From assembly GCF_006345805.1 (NCBI RefSeq), contig NW_021825064.1, forward strand, positions 1 to 16,866: a stretch of 16,866 nt of DNA. Reading direction: 5' to 3'. Position 1 is the first letter of the stretch. Each line of letters opens with the position of its first letter. A program made the translations under genes and the position numbers. Source of the DNA: Octopus sinensis (lineage: Eukaryota). Of the stretch, positions 8,338 to 16,866 are shown in pieces. The notes under the pieces are model-generated. The model was given only the letters and a program-made list of their open reading frames with translations. It was not told the DNA's origin and made no database searches.

Positions 8338-11300
8338 TTACAGATTTATGCTTAAAATAGTGTCGTCTTTCATACTGACCATTTTTGCCACTTTTACCCA
8401 CTTTTTATTAAAACATTCGTTCGACAAAGCCTTCCTCTCTATTCTCATCCTCCTTTTCAAGTGGTACTTGAAAAAGTTGTCGAGAGACTGACCAGAGAGG
8501 AAGGTGTTTGTTTGCAGTCCTTTCAAACGCGTCCACCACACACATTCTTTCGCTATCGCAATCAGCGTAACGAAAACCGTTTTCCCTTCCCGTTTAAAGG
8601 AAGGTGGTGGAACAATATTCATGATAGACTCGGCCGATAGGCGAGCCCGACCTACACATGACAACAGCTGTTCGACGAAGGACCACAGCTCTGAAATATC
8701 TGGACACTGCACGAGTGCGTGTAGAACGGTTTCGTCGCTCTGACCGCATCTCGGGCAGGTCGGTCCGGTGATGGTTTTCGAACCGTGTCTGTAGCTCTTC
8801 TCTCGAACAGGTAGTGCGTCTCGATAGCACTGCGTAGTGCGTCTCGATAGCACTGCCAAGCCAGGGATTTCTGGAAGTTATCCATAGGCCCCGGCCCGAA
8901 CGTCGTCCTGAACAGGCGGGTAGGAATTTCTCGTCGACGCCCAGGTTTGCCCCGAGTGTTTCGTCGGACCTCCCCTCCACTAGTCCTCTATAGAACGCTT
9001 TAGTGTCGTTTGTAAGTTGCACAAGTTTGACCCCGGTCGGCAGAGCTGCTGTAGAGCTTGGCGACACTCTCGGTGCCAATCGCCCAGTTTCGGTCTCTTT
9101 TTGATCCACGTTTGCAGTTCGGTCAGTGAGACAAGCTGCAGGAAGGCACGCCTCACAAACGACGCCCACACCCGTTCACTGTCGTCGATGAAGTTCCAGA
9201 GATGTCGCAGTCTCAGCGCATGCCTGCGCATCATCAACCACGGCATGCCCAGTCCTCCATTCAACGGATGTTGACAGCAAATGGACTTCCTCACCATCGG
9301 AACGCCACCCTTCCACAGGAAGCGGAAGAGTATGCGTTCCAGTTTGGTGATGGTGGCGTCGAGACAAGGTACGACGGTCAGGCGGTAATCGATGACGGAT
9401 GCGATGTACGCGTTCCCACCCTCCGCCGGCCTTTTAGAGACAGCTTTCTCCCGGCCCATGTTTGGCTGAGAGCGACCAATCTACTCGTGATCTCGTCCCA
9501 GTTCTTATCCATTTGGAGGTCCGGACGAACCAGACCCCGAGCAATTTAACCGGTCCGTCCATCCGTCCCACTACTGAGCCGCAGTCGGACGGCATGGGCT
9601 TGCTTCTCTCCAGGTGCCGAGTAGCAAACCCACTGACTTTTCCGGGTTAATCTTTGCTCCCGCCACCGTTTCGTATTTTCTTAGTGTCTCGCCTATCATC
9701 TTGATGTATTCGTCGCTCGACACTATGACGGTGACATCGTCCGTATATGCCGACACGATCGTCCCGCAACCCAGTTCCCGTGGGATGCCCCTCAGTGTCG
9801 CCAGCTTCCGCAGTAACGGCTCGAGAGTCAATACATACAGAAGCGCCGACAGGGGACACCCCTGAAGGACCGAACGCGTGATGTCAAACGGTTTCGACAG
9901 GTGACCGTTCACCTGAATCACCGATCGGATGCCGCTATACAAGGCAGCGATCCAACCGCGGAAGACGGGACCGAAGCCAGCCGCCCTGAGGACGGCCGCC
10001 AAGTACCGATGGTCGACCCTATCGAAGGCTTTAGACTGATCCAAATTTATCAGCGCCCCACCCATGCCAGGATCCTTAACTACCCTGTCCACAATGTAGC
10101 GCATCAGATGGAGGTTGTCATGTATGGTTCTGCCAGGCACGGCGCATGTTTGCGCCCTGTCGACCAGTTTACCAATGACAAGCGCCAACCTTTCGGCTAT
10201 TACTTTGGCCAAAATTTCAAATCTGCGTTGAGCAGAGTGATGGGCCTGAAATTATCTATAAAATTCCCCTTGTTTGGGTCTTTCTTCAGCAACGTCACTG
10301 CACCTCGGCTCACGAAACCGGGGATTCTCCCGTTTTGTTGCCAGTTGCCAAGAGGTCGCCAAACAAGTCTGGCATTCGACAATACAGCTCGTAGGGTAAA
10401 CCATCCAATCCAGGCGACTTATCCCTCGCGCAGCCCCCATCGCATCCCACACGTCACGGCTGTGATGGACTTCACAACACTCCGCTTCTCTTGCCGAGAG
10501 CCGCGGCAGGTCGGTCAGGTAGGCACTGAAAATCCATCCCGCGTTCCGACCCACCACTCGTACCAACAGTCGAGCAAAGTGCTGTTGAAAGGCCTCGCAC
10601 ATCCTTTCGGGTTCGAGTAAACTGCATCCCTGTTGATCTATTAGAGACCGAATGGTGGCCCTATTGCCACGCTGCGCCTCCGCTACCCGGGACTCTCGCG
10701 CAGCTTCAATCCCTTCGTTCCTTAAGGCACGCATTTTAGCTCTGACAACGCAACCCTCGTGCTTGGCATTGAGGTGTTGGTCGAGGGCCATCCTCGCAGC
10801 CAGCACGCTGGTTGCGCTGCCAGTGGTAAGTGCCTCTTCTCGTTTCTTAACCAAGTCTCCCTCTACTCTATTTCGTTCTATCGCTAATTCCTTGCTAAAC
10901 CTAATTGATTCCGATTTTATTGCCATTTTCAAGGCGTACCACCAGCGGTTGTTAACGATGGCTCCCGTCAGTGCCCTCTTAATTAAAGCGCTAATCCGGT
11001 TCCTGTAAACCTGTCGCGCTAACAGCGACGTGTTCAGTTTCCAGTAACCGGGACCCTGCCTATGTGTTTTATCTAAGTCGAGCGTACACGTAACAAATTT
11101 GTGATCTGTGTAGCTGATTATTTTAAATTGTGGACATCCTACACTATCCCTATCCGCTGTCCTGCATAGAATTCTATCTAGATAAGATCTCGACGATCCG
11201 ACGCGGTTTGTCCAAGTCCACGTTGGCACGTTCGGCGTGGATGGTCGAGTCGGAACCTGTCAGACAAATGGAAACGTCTGAGCAGGTCTTTGAGGCTCTT

Positions 11301-11779
11301 ACACCCCCTTCTATTCCTATCCCTTCCCACATAATCTAGATGCGTGTCCAAGGTAGCGTTCCAATCCCCTACTAACAGTAAAGGAAAACCTCTAGACGTC
11401 TGAAGAAATCCGCCCGACCCGTTAAGGACGGTGCATAAACTGCCATCAGACGGAATGCACACCCATTTCTGCCACCCACGTCCAAGACAACCAGCCTACC
11501 CTCCGGGTCTAGGAATATTGCTCTTACTTTTACATTTAGACTCTTTCGAAAAAGCACCGCGGTACCTCCACCACCCATGTTCGGCAGACAGGGAGAAAAT
11601 TGAATGTCAAATTGATTGCCAAACATGGACTCGAGGGCCCGCGGCTTACTGAGTCTGGTTTCACTGATAGCTACTATATCCACGTTCAGTGACTTAATGT
11701 CGTTTAGAAGGTAACCTTGCTCCCAAGCCGACGCCAAGCCACGCGCATTCACACAACCTAATTTAAGCATACTTGACAT
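8338..11779 (-). pseudogene. ORF2p: APE endonuclease + reverse transcriptase + C-terminal Zn finger, multiply frameshifted
   Basis: APE motifs: NARGL, DIVAISET, GRLVVLDV, VYAP, LVGDWN, TW, YLDRIL, YTDH, then GPGYWKLNTSLL. RT motifs: NFRPITLLNADLK, LDQSKAFDRVDH, QGCPLS, YTDD (9736-9747), GAKINPEKS. C-terminal: GGLGMP, CPRCGQSDETVLHALVQC. Pieces come from ORFs 11372-11779, 11178-11462, 10252-11229, 10200-10382, 9571-10212, 8980-9459, 8594-9169, 8652-8885 and 8338-8859. Confidence 0.95.
8811..8856. repeat. Perfect 23-bp tandem duplication inside ORF2
   Basis: GTAGTGCGTCTCGATAGCACTGC x2 (8811-8833, 8834-8856); shifts the reading frame. Confidence 0.95.
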
Positions 11780-11836
11780 TTACGAAAATTGTGTTTTACA
11801 CACTACATTAGAAGAGACAAGAGGCAAGAGGGGAGG

Positions 11837-12696
11837 TCACTTACTCATTTTAAAAGTTTCATTTTTTTCTTCTACTTTTGTAGTGTCTTTGAGGAGGTGT
11901 TTGTATAGTTTTTTCGACAGGTATCGTTGAAACCCGCCTACCGCATTCGGAAATATTGTTTTCAGTATGTGGTGTTGTGCTTGTGTTATGTGTAAAATTC
12001 CGATGTGTTTCGGTGGTGTGGTGTGCGGATGATTGTTTGTCTTAAAGTCTTCTTCACATATGTCCGTGTTGGATGTGATGTAGTCCATTAATTCTTTATT
12101 GTCTGTGTCTATTGCAGTTAGTTGTGTGTGTGGTTTTACGGGTTCATTGCTTTTTTGATTGTTTAGGGGGATGTTGTCCTGAGTTAGATATCTCCCTGCT
12201 TTACTTCCTTGTTTGGTGGATTTTCTGGATCTTTTCCTTTACCCTGTGGCTATTTGCCATTCCGTCGAAATTTCGTCGTCCAACGTATCAGTATGGGGTA
12301 GAGGCAAGCATTTGCATTACTATGTATGCTTGTAGAAATTGTTGATGTTTTTGTGCGGTATTTGTGTTGTTGTGTGTTAGGGGTAGCATTTGTCTTCTCG
12401 TCACTGTTTTCTGTCTTTTTAATTGTCGTCCTCTGTGTGGATGTTGGTCTATTTTTTGTTGATTCGACATGTTGAATTGGTTGTGACGTCAATGGTGATT
12501 GTGTTGGTACTGTTTCTTTTCTTGGTGATGTTGTTGGGGTTTGTTTGCTGGTTTGTTGTTTTTCTTGGCATTGTTCCATAATTGAGTGTGTTGGTGTTGG
12601 TGTTGGTGTTGGTGTTGGTGTTGGCAACAAGGGTTTTTCTATTTGTTTTCTGATTTGTTCTTTCTTGTTTTTTCTGTACCAGAGCGCACTTGGCAA
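11837..12696 (-). pseudogene. Probable frameshifted low-complexity C-terminal part of ORF1
   Basis: Same-strand ORFs 12250-12696 (P/T/K/Q-rich), 12288-12470 and 11837-12088 cover most of the gap and end 57 bp before the ORF2 ATG. Confidence 0.55.
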
Positions 12697-13723
12697 TTAA
12701 ATGTTCGGGGCTGCCACAGTTGTAGCATCTAGGCTTTTTGCCTTCTGCTACAACATATAGGCATTGCCCATTTTCCAAGTGGATCTTATCCGGTAGGCTC
12801 TCGATAGAGGCCCCCTCAATCTGTATGGTCACCACTATTGTCTTCCCACCCCAAATGTCGCCAAGGTACACGGCGGTTTCCAAAATGTTGATATTTTTTA
12901 AAGGGTAACAGATTGCCCCTGTTATCCATTTGTTAGGAATCTCGGGAGGTACATTTTTAATAGTGATTCGACTCACTCTCTGGATTTTATAGTATGGGAC
13001 CATGATGATTTCATCATTTTCCAGAGACTCAGTAGAGTGAGCTTTTGCCACTTCCTGGTTAGGGAAGCGGACCGCTACTGTGTTAAACTGGAGACCCCAG
13101 TTTAAATATTCTTTTTCTTTCATTATGTTTTTTAAGCATTTTTCTACATCTGTTTTTGTAATCTGTTCATTTAGTTTTTTGTTTTTTCTTATAATTTTAT
13201 ATATAATTGTCTTATTTTCTATTTCTTGCTTTATGTGTTGAGGTGTATGTAGCACTAAATCTTGCCCTCTGTTTGTGAAGAGAGATATTGTTTCTAAAAG
13301 TTCTTCGTTCGTGAAATGTATAATCTGTTTCTTCTGACGCAGAGTGTCAGCGAAATTTGTTGGTGCTGTTAATTCTGTTATATTAACATCTTCACTATTA
13401 GATAGTTCATTTTTATTGTTGTTCTTGTTGTTGCTGTTGTTTTTGTCAATAGTTTTCGTGTGAGTTTTATTTTTATCATTCATGTTGGTGGCGGTGGTGG
13501 TGGTGGTGGTGGTGGAGGTGGAGGTGGAGGTGGTGGTGGTAGCAGTAGTAGTCTCGTGGTTGCTGTTGTTAGTGGTGGTGGTGGTGGTGGTGGTGACAGG
13601 GCTGTTACCCACGTCGTGGTTGCAGTGAGCGTTCATTCCAACGATATTCATGTTTGCACTTTGCGTGCATGAGTTCTTTTTTTCTTCTCCTAGCGTTTCC
13701 AAACTAGGAAAATGCTGGTCCAT
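12449..13723 (-). CDS. ORF1p, gag-like nucleic-acid-binding protein (RRM-like region + CCHC zinc knuckle)
   Basis: 424 aa. Contains RITIKNVPPEIPNKWI, LPDKIHLENG.CLYVVAEGKKPR and CYNCGSPEHLIAKC (Cx2Cx4Hx4C), as in Tx1-type ORF1. It probably continued through frameshifts to the stop at 11837. Confidence 0.85.
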   Translation of the reverse strand: MDQHFPSLETLGEEKKNSCTQSANMNIVGMNAHCNHDVGNSPVTTTTTTTTNNSNHETTTATTTTSTSTSTTTTTTTATNMNDKNKTHTKTIDKNNSNNKNNNKNELSNSEDVNITELTAPTNFADTLRQKKQIIHFTNEELLETISLFTNRGQDLVLHTPQHIKQEIENKTIIYKIIRKNKKLNEQITKTDVEKCLKNIMKEKEYLNWGLQFNTVAVRFPNQEVAKAHSTESLENDEIIMVPYYKIQRVSRITIKNVPPEIPNKWITGAICYPLKNINILETAVYLGDIWGGKTIVVTIQIEGASIESLPDKIHLENGQCLYVVAEGKKPRCYNCGSPEHLIAKCALVQKKQERTNQKTNRKTLVANTNTNTNTNTNTLNYGTMPRKTTNQQTNPNNITKKRNSTNTITIDVTTNSTCRINKK

Positions 13724-13961
13724 AAAGGAACGCGACCAGCGTTCTACAATAAACTTTCTCTACATTTTCTAATGTCGAGAAGAAAATTACAGAAATGAAA
13801 TGGGGTTGAAACTGCCCCTAGGGGCGAATTCCTCACTTGGAAAAGCACTCAAACGAAAGTTGGGTGCCTTACACACCTTATTTGCAAAAATTTACACAAA
13901 ATATGGGCTATAAATAGTTAAAATAAACGATTACCTTCGGAGCCGAAGTGACAGCACGTCC

Positions 13962-14018
<57 letters not shown>

Positions 14019-14150
14019 AGATAGATAGATAGAATGATAGATAGATAGATAGATAGATAGATATAGATAGATAGATAGATAGATAGATATATGGATAGAT
14101 AGATAGACAGATAGATAGATAGCAGACAGATTGACAGATACATAGATAGC

Positions 14151-14233
<83 letters not shown>

Positions 14234-14258
14234 AAGATTGATTGATTGATTGATTGAT
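13962..14258 (+). repeat. (GATA)n tract grading into (GA)n and (GATT)n
   Basis: Direct reading. Confidence 0.97.
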
Positions 14259-14747
14259 AGGTGGGTAGGGAGGTGGAGAGGTGGGGATAAGGGGGAAGGT
14301 AGGTAGGTTGTATGTATGTAGGTAGGTCAGTAGGTAAATAGGTAAATAGGTAGGTTGTGTGTATGTATGTATGTAGGTAGGTCGGTAGGTAAGTAGGCAA
14401 ATAGGTAGGTAAGTAGGTCGGTTGGGTGGGAGGTAAGTAAGGAGTGAGTGAGGGACGGACGGAGGGAGGGAGGGAGATAGAGTGAGAGAGAGGGAGGGGT
14501 ATAGGCAAGCAGAAGGGAGAGAAAGGGAGTGTGAGTGGGAGGGAGCGAGGTAGGTAGCTAGGTAGGTAAGTAGGTAGGTAGGTCGGTTGGTTGGTATGTA
14601 GGTAGGTACGGAGTGAGGAGGAAGGTAGGGAGGAGGGAGAGGGAGGAGGGAGCGAGGTAGGTAGGTGGTAATTAGGTTAGTTATGTAGGCAGGTAGGTAA
14701 GTAGGTAGGTAGGTAGGTAGGTAGGTAGGTAGGTAGGTAGGTAGGTA
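14259..14747 (+). repeat. Degenerate (TAGG/GAGG/TATG)n tract, pure (TAGG)n next to the SINE
   Basis: Direct reading. Confidence 0.93.
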
Positions 14748-14986
14748 GGCGGCGAGCTGGCAGAATCGTTAGCACGCCGGGCGAAATGCGTAGCCGTATT
14801 TCGCCTGCCGCTACGTTCTGAGTTCAAATTCCGCCGAGGTCGACTTTGCATTTCATCCTTTTGGGGTCGATATATTAAGTACGAGTTACACACTGGGGTC
14901 GATGTAATCGACTTAATCCGTTTGTCTGTTCTTGTTTGTCCTCTCTGTGTTTAGCCCCTATCTGTGTTTAGAGTAGTAAAAAGAAA
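14748..14986 (+). mobile_element. tRNA-derived SINE (~240 bp) with LINE-like 3' tail
   Basis: A-box-like TGGCAGAATCGTT (14758-14770), B box GAGTTCAAATTCC (14820-14832), central GTCGACTTTGCATTTCATCCTTTTGGGGTCGAT domain, tail TCTGTGTTTAGCCCC...GTAAAAAGAAA; TAGG repeats on both sides. Confidence 0.88.
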
Positions 14987-15082
14987 TAGGTAGGTAGGTC
15001 GTTTGGTTCGTAGATAGGTAGGTAGGTAGGTAGCTAGGTAGGTGGATAGATAGGTCGATTGGTTGGTTGGCTGATAGGTAAA
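14987..15082 (+). repeat. Degenerate (TAGG)n tract
   Basis: Direct reading. Confidence 0.9.
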
Positions 15083-15524
15083 TATGTCTATGTGATTGCA
15101 ATTGAGTCATCTGGAACTATGTTTTTGTACAATTTCTTTTGTCATGTACGTTTAATACGTTTGCGTGTGCACGATACAGACACTGTATATATTTTCCAAG
15201 TGTTTAAAAGTTTCAAAATGTAAGATGCAGAGACGTTTGAGATCGGTTGAAAGAGAGAAACGAAGAAAAAAATACGGAGATAGAGAAAAATATAGAGATA
15301 GAGAAGCGATTAGTTTCACTTTCTTATACATTTATAAGTTATGAACACAATGTCGGTCCAAATTTATCGCTAACGTGTGTAGTCTACATACCTCTATTTT
15401 GTTAGGATATCCGTGAGTAAGAGCTGGCAGAGCGCATTGAATTTGATGAAAAGTTGAAAGGGGTCAAAGAGGGGAAATGACATGACAATGAAAACCGGGC
15501 ATGTGTTAATGGTATGTGGAAGGA

Positions 15525-15582
15525 AGGAGAGAAAGGAGAGAGAAGCCGAGATAGATAGAATGAGAGAGGAGAGAGAAAAAGC

Positions 15583-15631
<49 letters not shown>

Positions 15632-15634
15632 AGA
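15525..15634 (+). repeat. (GA)n / purine-rich tract
   Basis: Direct reading. Confidence 0.92.
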
Positions 15635-16697
15635 ATGAACAACGTGGTAGATCGTGCAAAATAAGTGGAGAAGACTTAGAACGCCGAGGATTGGAAATAA
15701 AGGAGCAAGAATAAGAGAACTTTACAATGGGATAAAGAAAACATACAATAGCAATCACTATTATAATCGGTGGTCCTTGTGGGAAAAACATAAAGAAATT
15801 GACATTGTTATTGTTGTTGTTGTTGTAATTGGTGGCGGCTGAGTGATGGTCGTTGTTATTGTTATTAAGCGTGAGGTTTTCAAGATGATGCTGAAAGATG
15901 AAGAAAGAATAGAAATTGAAAAATGATTGAATGAAGAGAAAATTGGCGTGTTATTATCTTATAGTGACGGGAAGATTTATATGTTAAAGGGAGGTGGACA
16001 GCGAGAGATTGACAGACAATATGTAAGAGAGAAAGAGAGCGGGATAGAAGGAAAGACAGAGATTGTAAGAGACAGCGAGAGAGAATAAGACAAAATTCAG
16101 AGAGCAAAGGTGACAAAATAACATTATTAAAACGTTTCTTTTCAGACATGATCCCCAACTATTTATAACAACAACATTAATAATAATAGCGATGTCATTA
16201 TTATTGAATAGGCGTCAGATTGGATAGGAACTATCAGTTGGGCACACACGATCTACTTTACAGATAGTACTTTTTCTCGGTTTGCCACTACAATAGCCGT
16301 AGTTGATGTTAGGTGATAGGGTGGTTGTTGACGTCACTGCTGTTGTTGATGCTGATATTGATATTTTATTTATGAAAATAATAAATACATCCGACACCTA
16401 AAATATCCGTTTCTGCAACACAATAACAATATCGGTAATTGGATAATAATAGCAACAACAAAGATAAAGATGAGAACGAATATGTGAACGTTGAGGAGGA
16501 CGACAAAGAAATAAGTAGAAGACAATTATTATGGTGATGAGGAGGAGATGGAAGATGAGTAGATGATGCCGAAGTTGAGAGTCAACATCATGATGGCGAC
16601 AGAGAAGCTAAAGATGAAGAGCAACAATAATAATAATAATGAAGATAATAACCATGTGAATAGTCGAAATGACATAATGATAATGATGACAATTATA

Positions 16698-16806
16698 GAA
16701 GAAAGAAGAAGAAGAAGAAGAAGAAGAAGAAGAAGAAGAAGAAGAAGAAGAAGAAGAAGAAGAAGAAGAAGAAGAAGAAGAAGAAGAAGAAGAAGAAGAA
16801 GAAGAA
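16698..16806 (+). repeat. (GAA)n microsatellite
   Basis: Direct reading; explains the poly-Arg ORF 16563-16814. Confidence 0.98.
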
Positions 16807-16866
16807 ATGAATGAGGCGGAGATACAATTGCAACAAGAACAAGAATAATAAGACTAATATAAAGAG

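Larger units (their letters stand above)
8018..13961 (-). mobile_element. Full-length (~5.9 kb) Tx1-like (L1 group) non-LTR retrotransposon, copy C, within (GATA)n
   Basis: 5' UTR 13961-13724, ORF1, ORF2 (APE-RT-Zn finger), 3' UTR 8337-8018 ending AATAAAAAG; both ends abut GATA tracts. Confidence 0.93.

Noticed and set aside
8504-11652. Plus-strand ORFs such as 9901-10620 (239 aa) and 10652-11008
   Set aside because: Antisense shadows of the GC-rich ORF2, with no recognisable motifs.
5055-14220. Target-site duplications of the LINE copies
   Set aside because: Cannot be delimited inside tandem GATA repeats.
14748-14840. Functional tRNA gene
   Set aside because: A and B boxes are present but too far apart, there is no clean cloverleaf, and it continues into a SINE body and tail.
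13918-14893. YLSI/PTYL repeat ORFs (also 5054-5353, 7911-8147)
   Set aside because: Translations of (TATC)n and (CCTA)n repeats.
15083-16866. ORFs in the purine-rich right end, including the poly-Arg ORF
   Set aside because: Low-complexity (GA)n, (GAA)n and (AAT)n sequence with no coding signal.
1-16866. CRISPR array or prokaryotic retron/RT defence system
   Set aside because: No repeat-spacer periodicity; the RT is a eukaryotic APE-type LINE RT.

Overview
Repeat-dense eukaryotic DNA, most likely an octopus or other coleoid cephalopod (inferred from the repeat types). No host protein-coding gene is visible. The window is a set of retroelements sitting inside microsatellites. (1) 1-4570 is an (AAT)n field. 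It holds a 5'-truncated R4/Dong-like RLE-endonuclease LINE end (2007-2744) and three copies of a ~500-540 bp non-coding element, two of which form a ~1 kb fold-back palindrome (778-1780). At its edges are a tRNA-like B-box head (1-60) and a segment with a decayed hammerhead-like motif (4415-4570). (2) 5055-14220 is a (GATA)n field with three same-strand Tx1/L1-group LINEs, each bounded on both sides by GATA tracts. Two are ~1.3 kb copies with an identical 5' breakpoint. One is a ~5.9 kb full-length, frameshifted copy (ORF1 RRM-like + CCHC; ORF2 APE-RT-Zn finger). (3) A tRNA-derived SINE lies in a (TAGG)n tract (14748-14986), and its 3' tail matches the 3' end of those LINEs. The best candidate for an undescribed system is a (TATC/GATA)n-targeting Tx1 family with a short non-autonomous derivative and a tail-sharing SINE. 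No database search was possible, so novelty is unverified.
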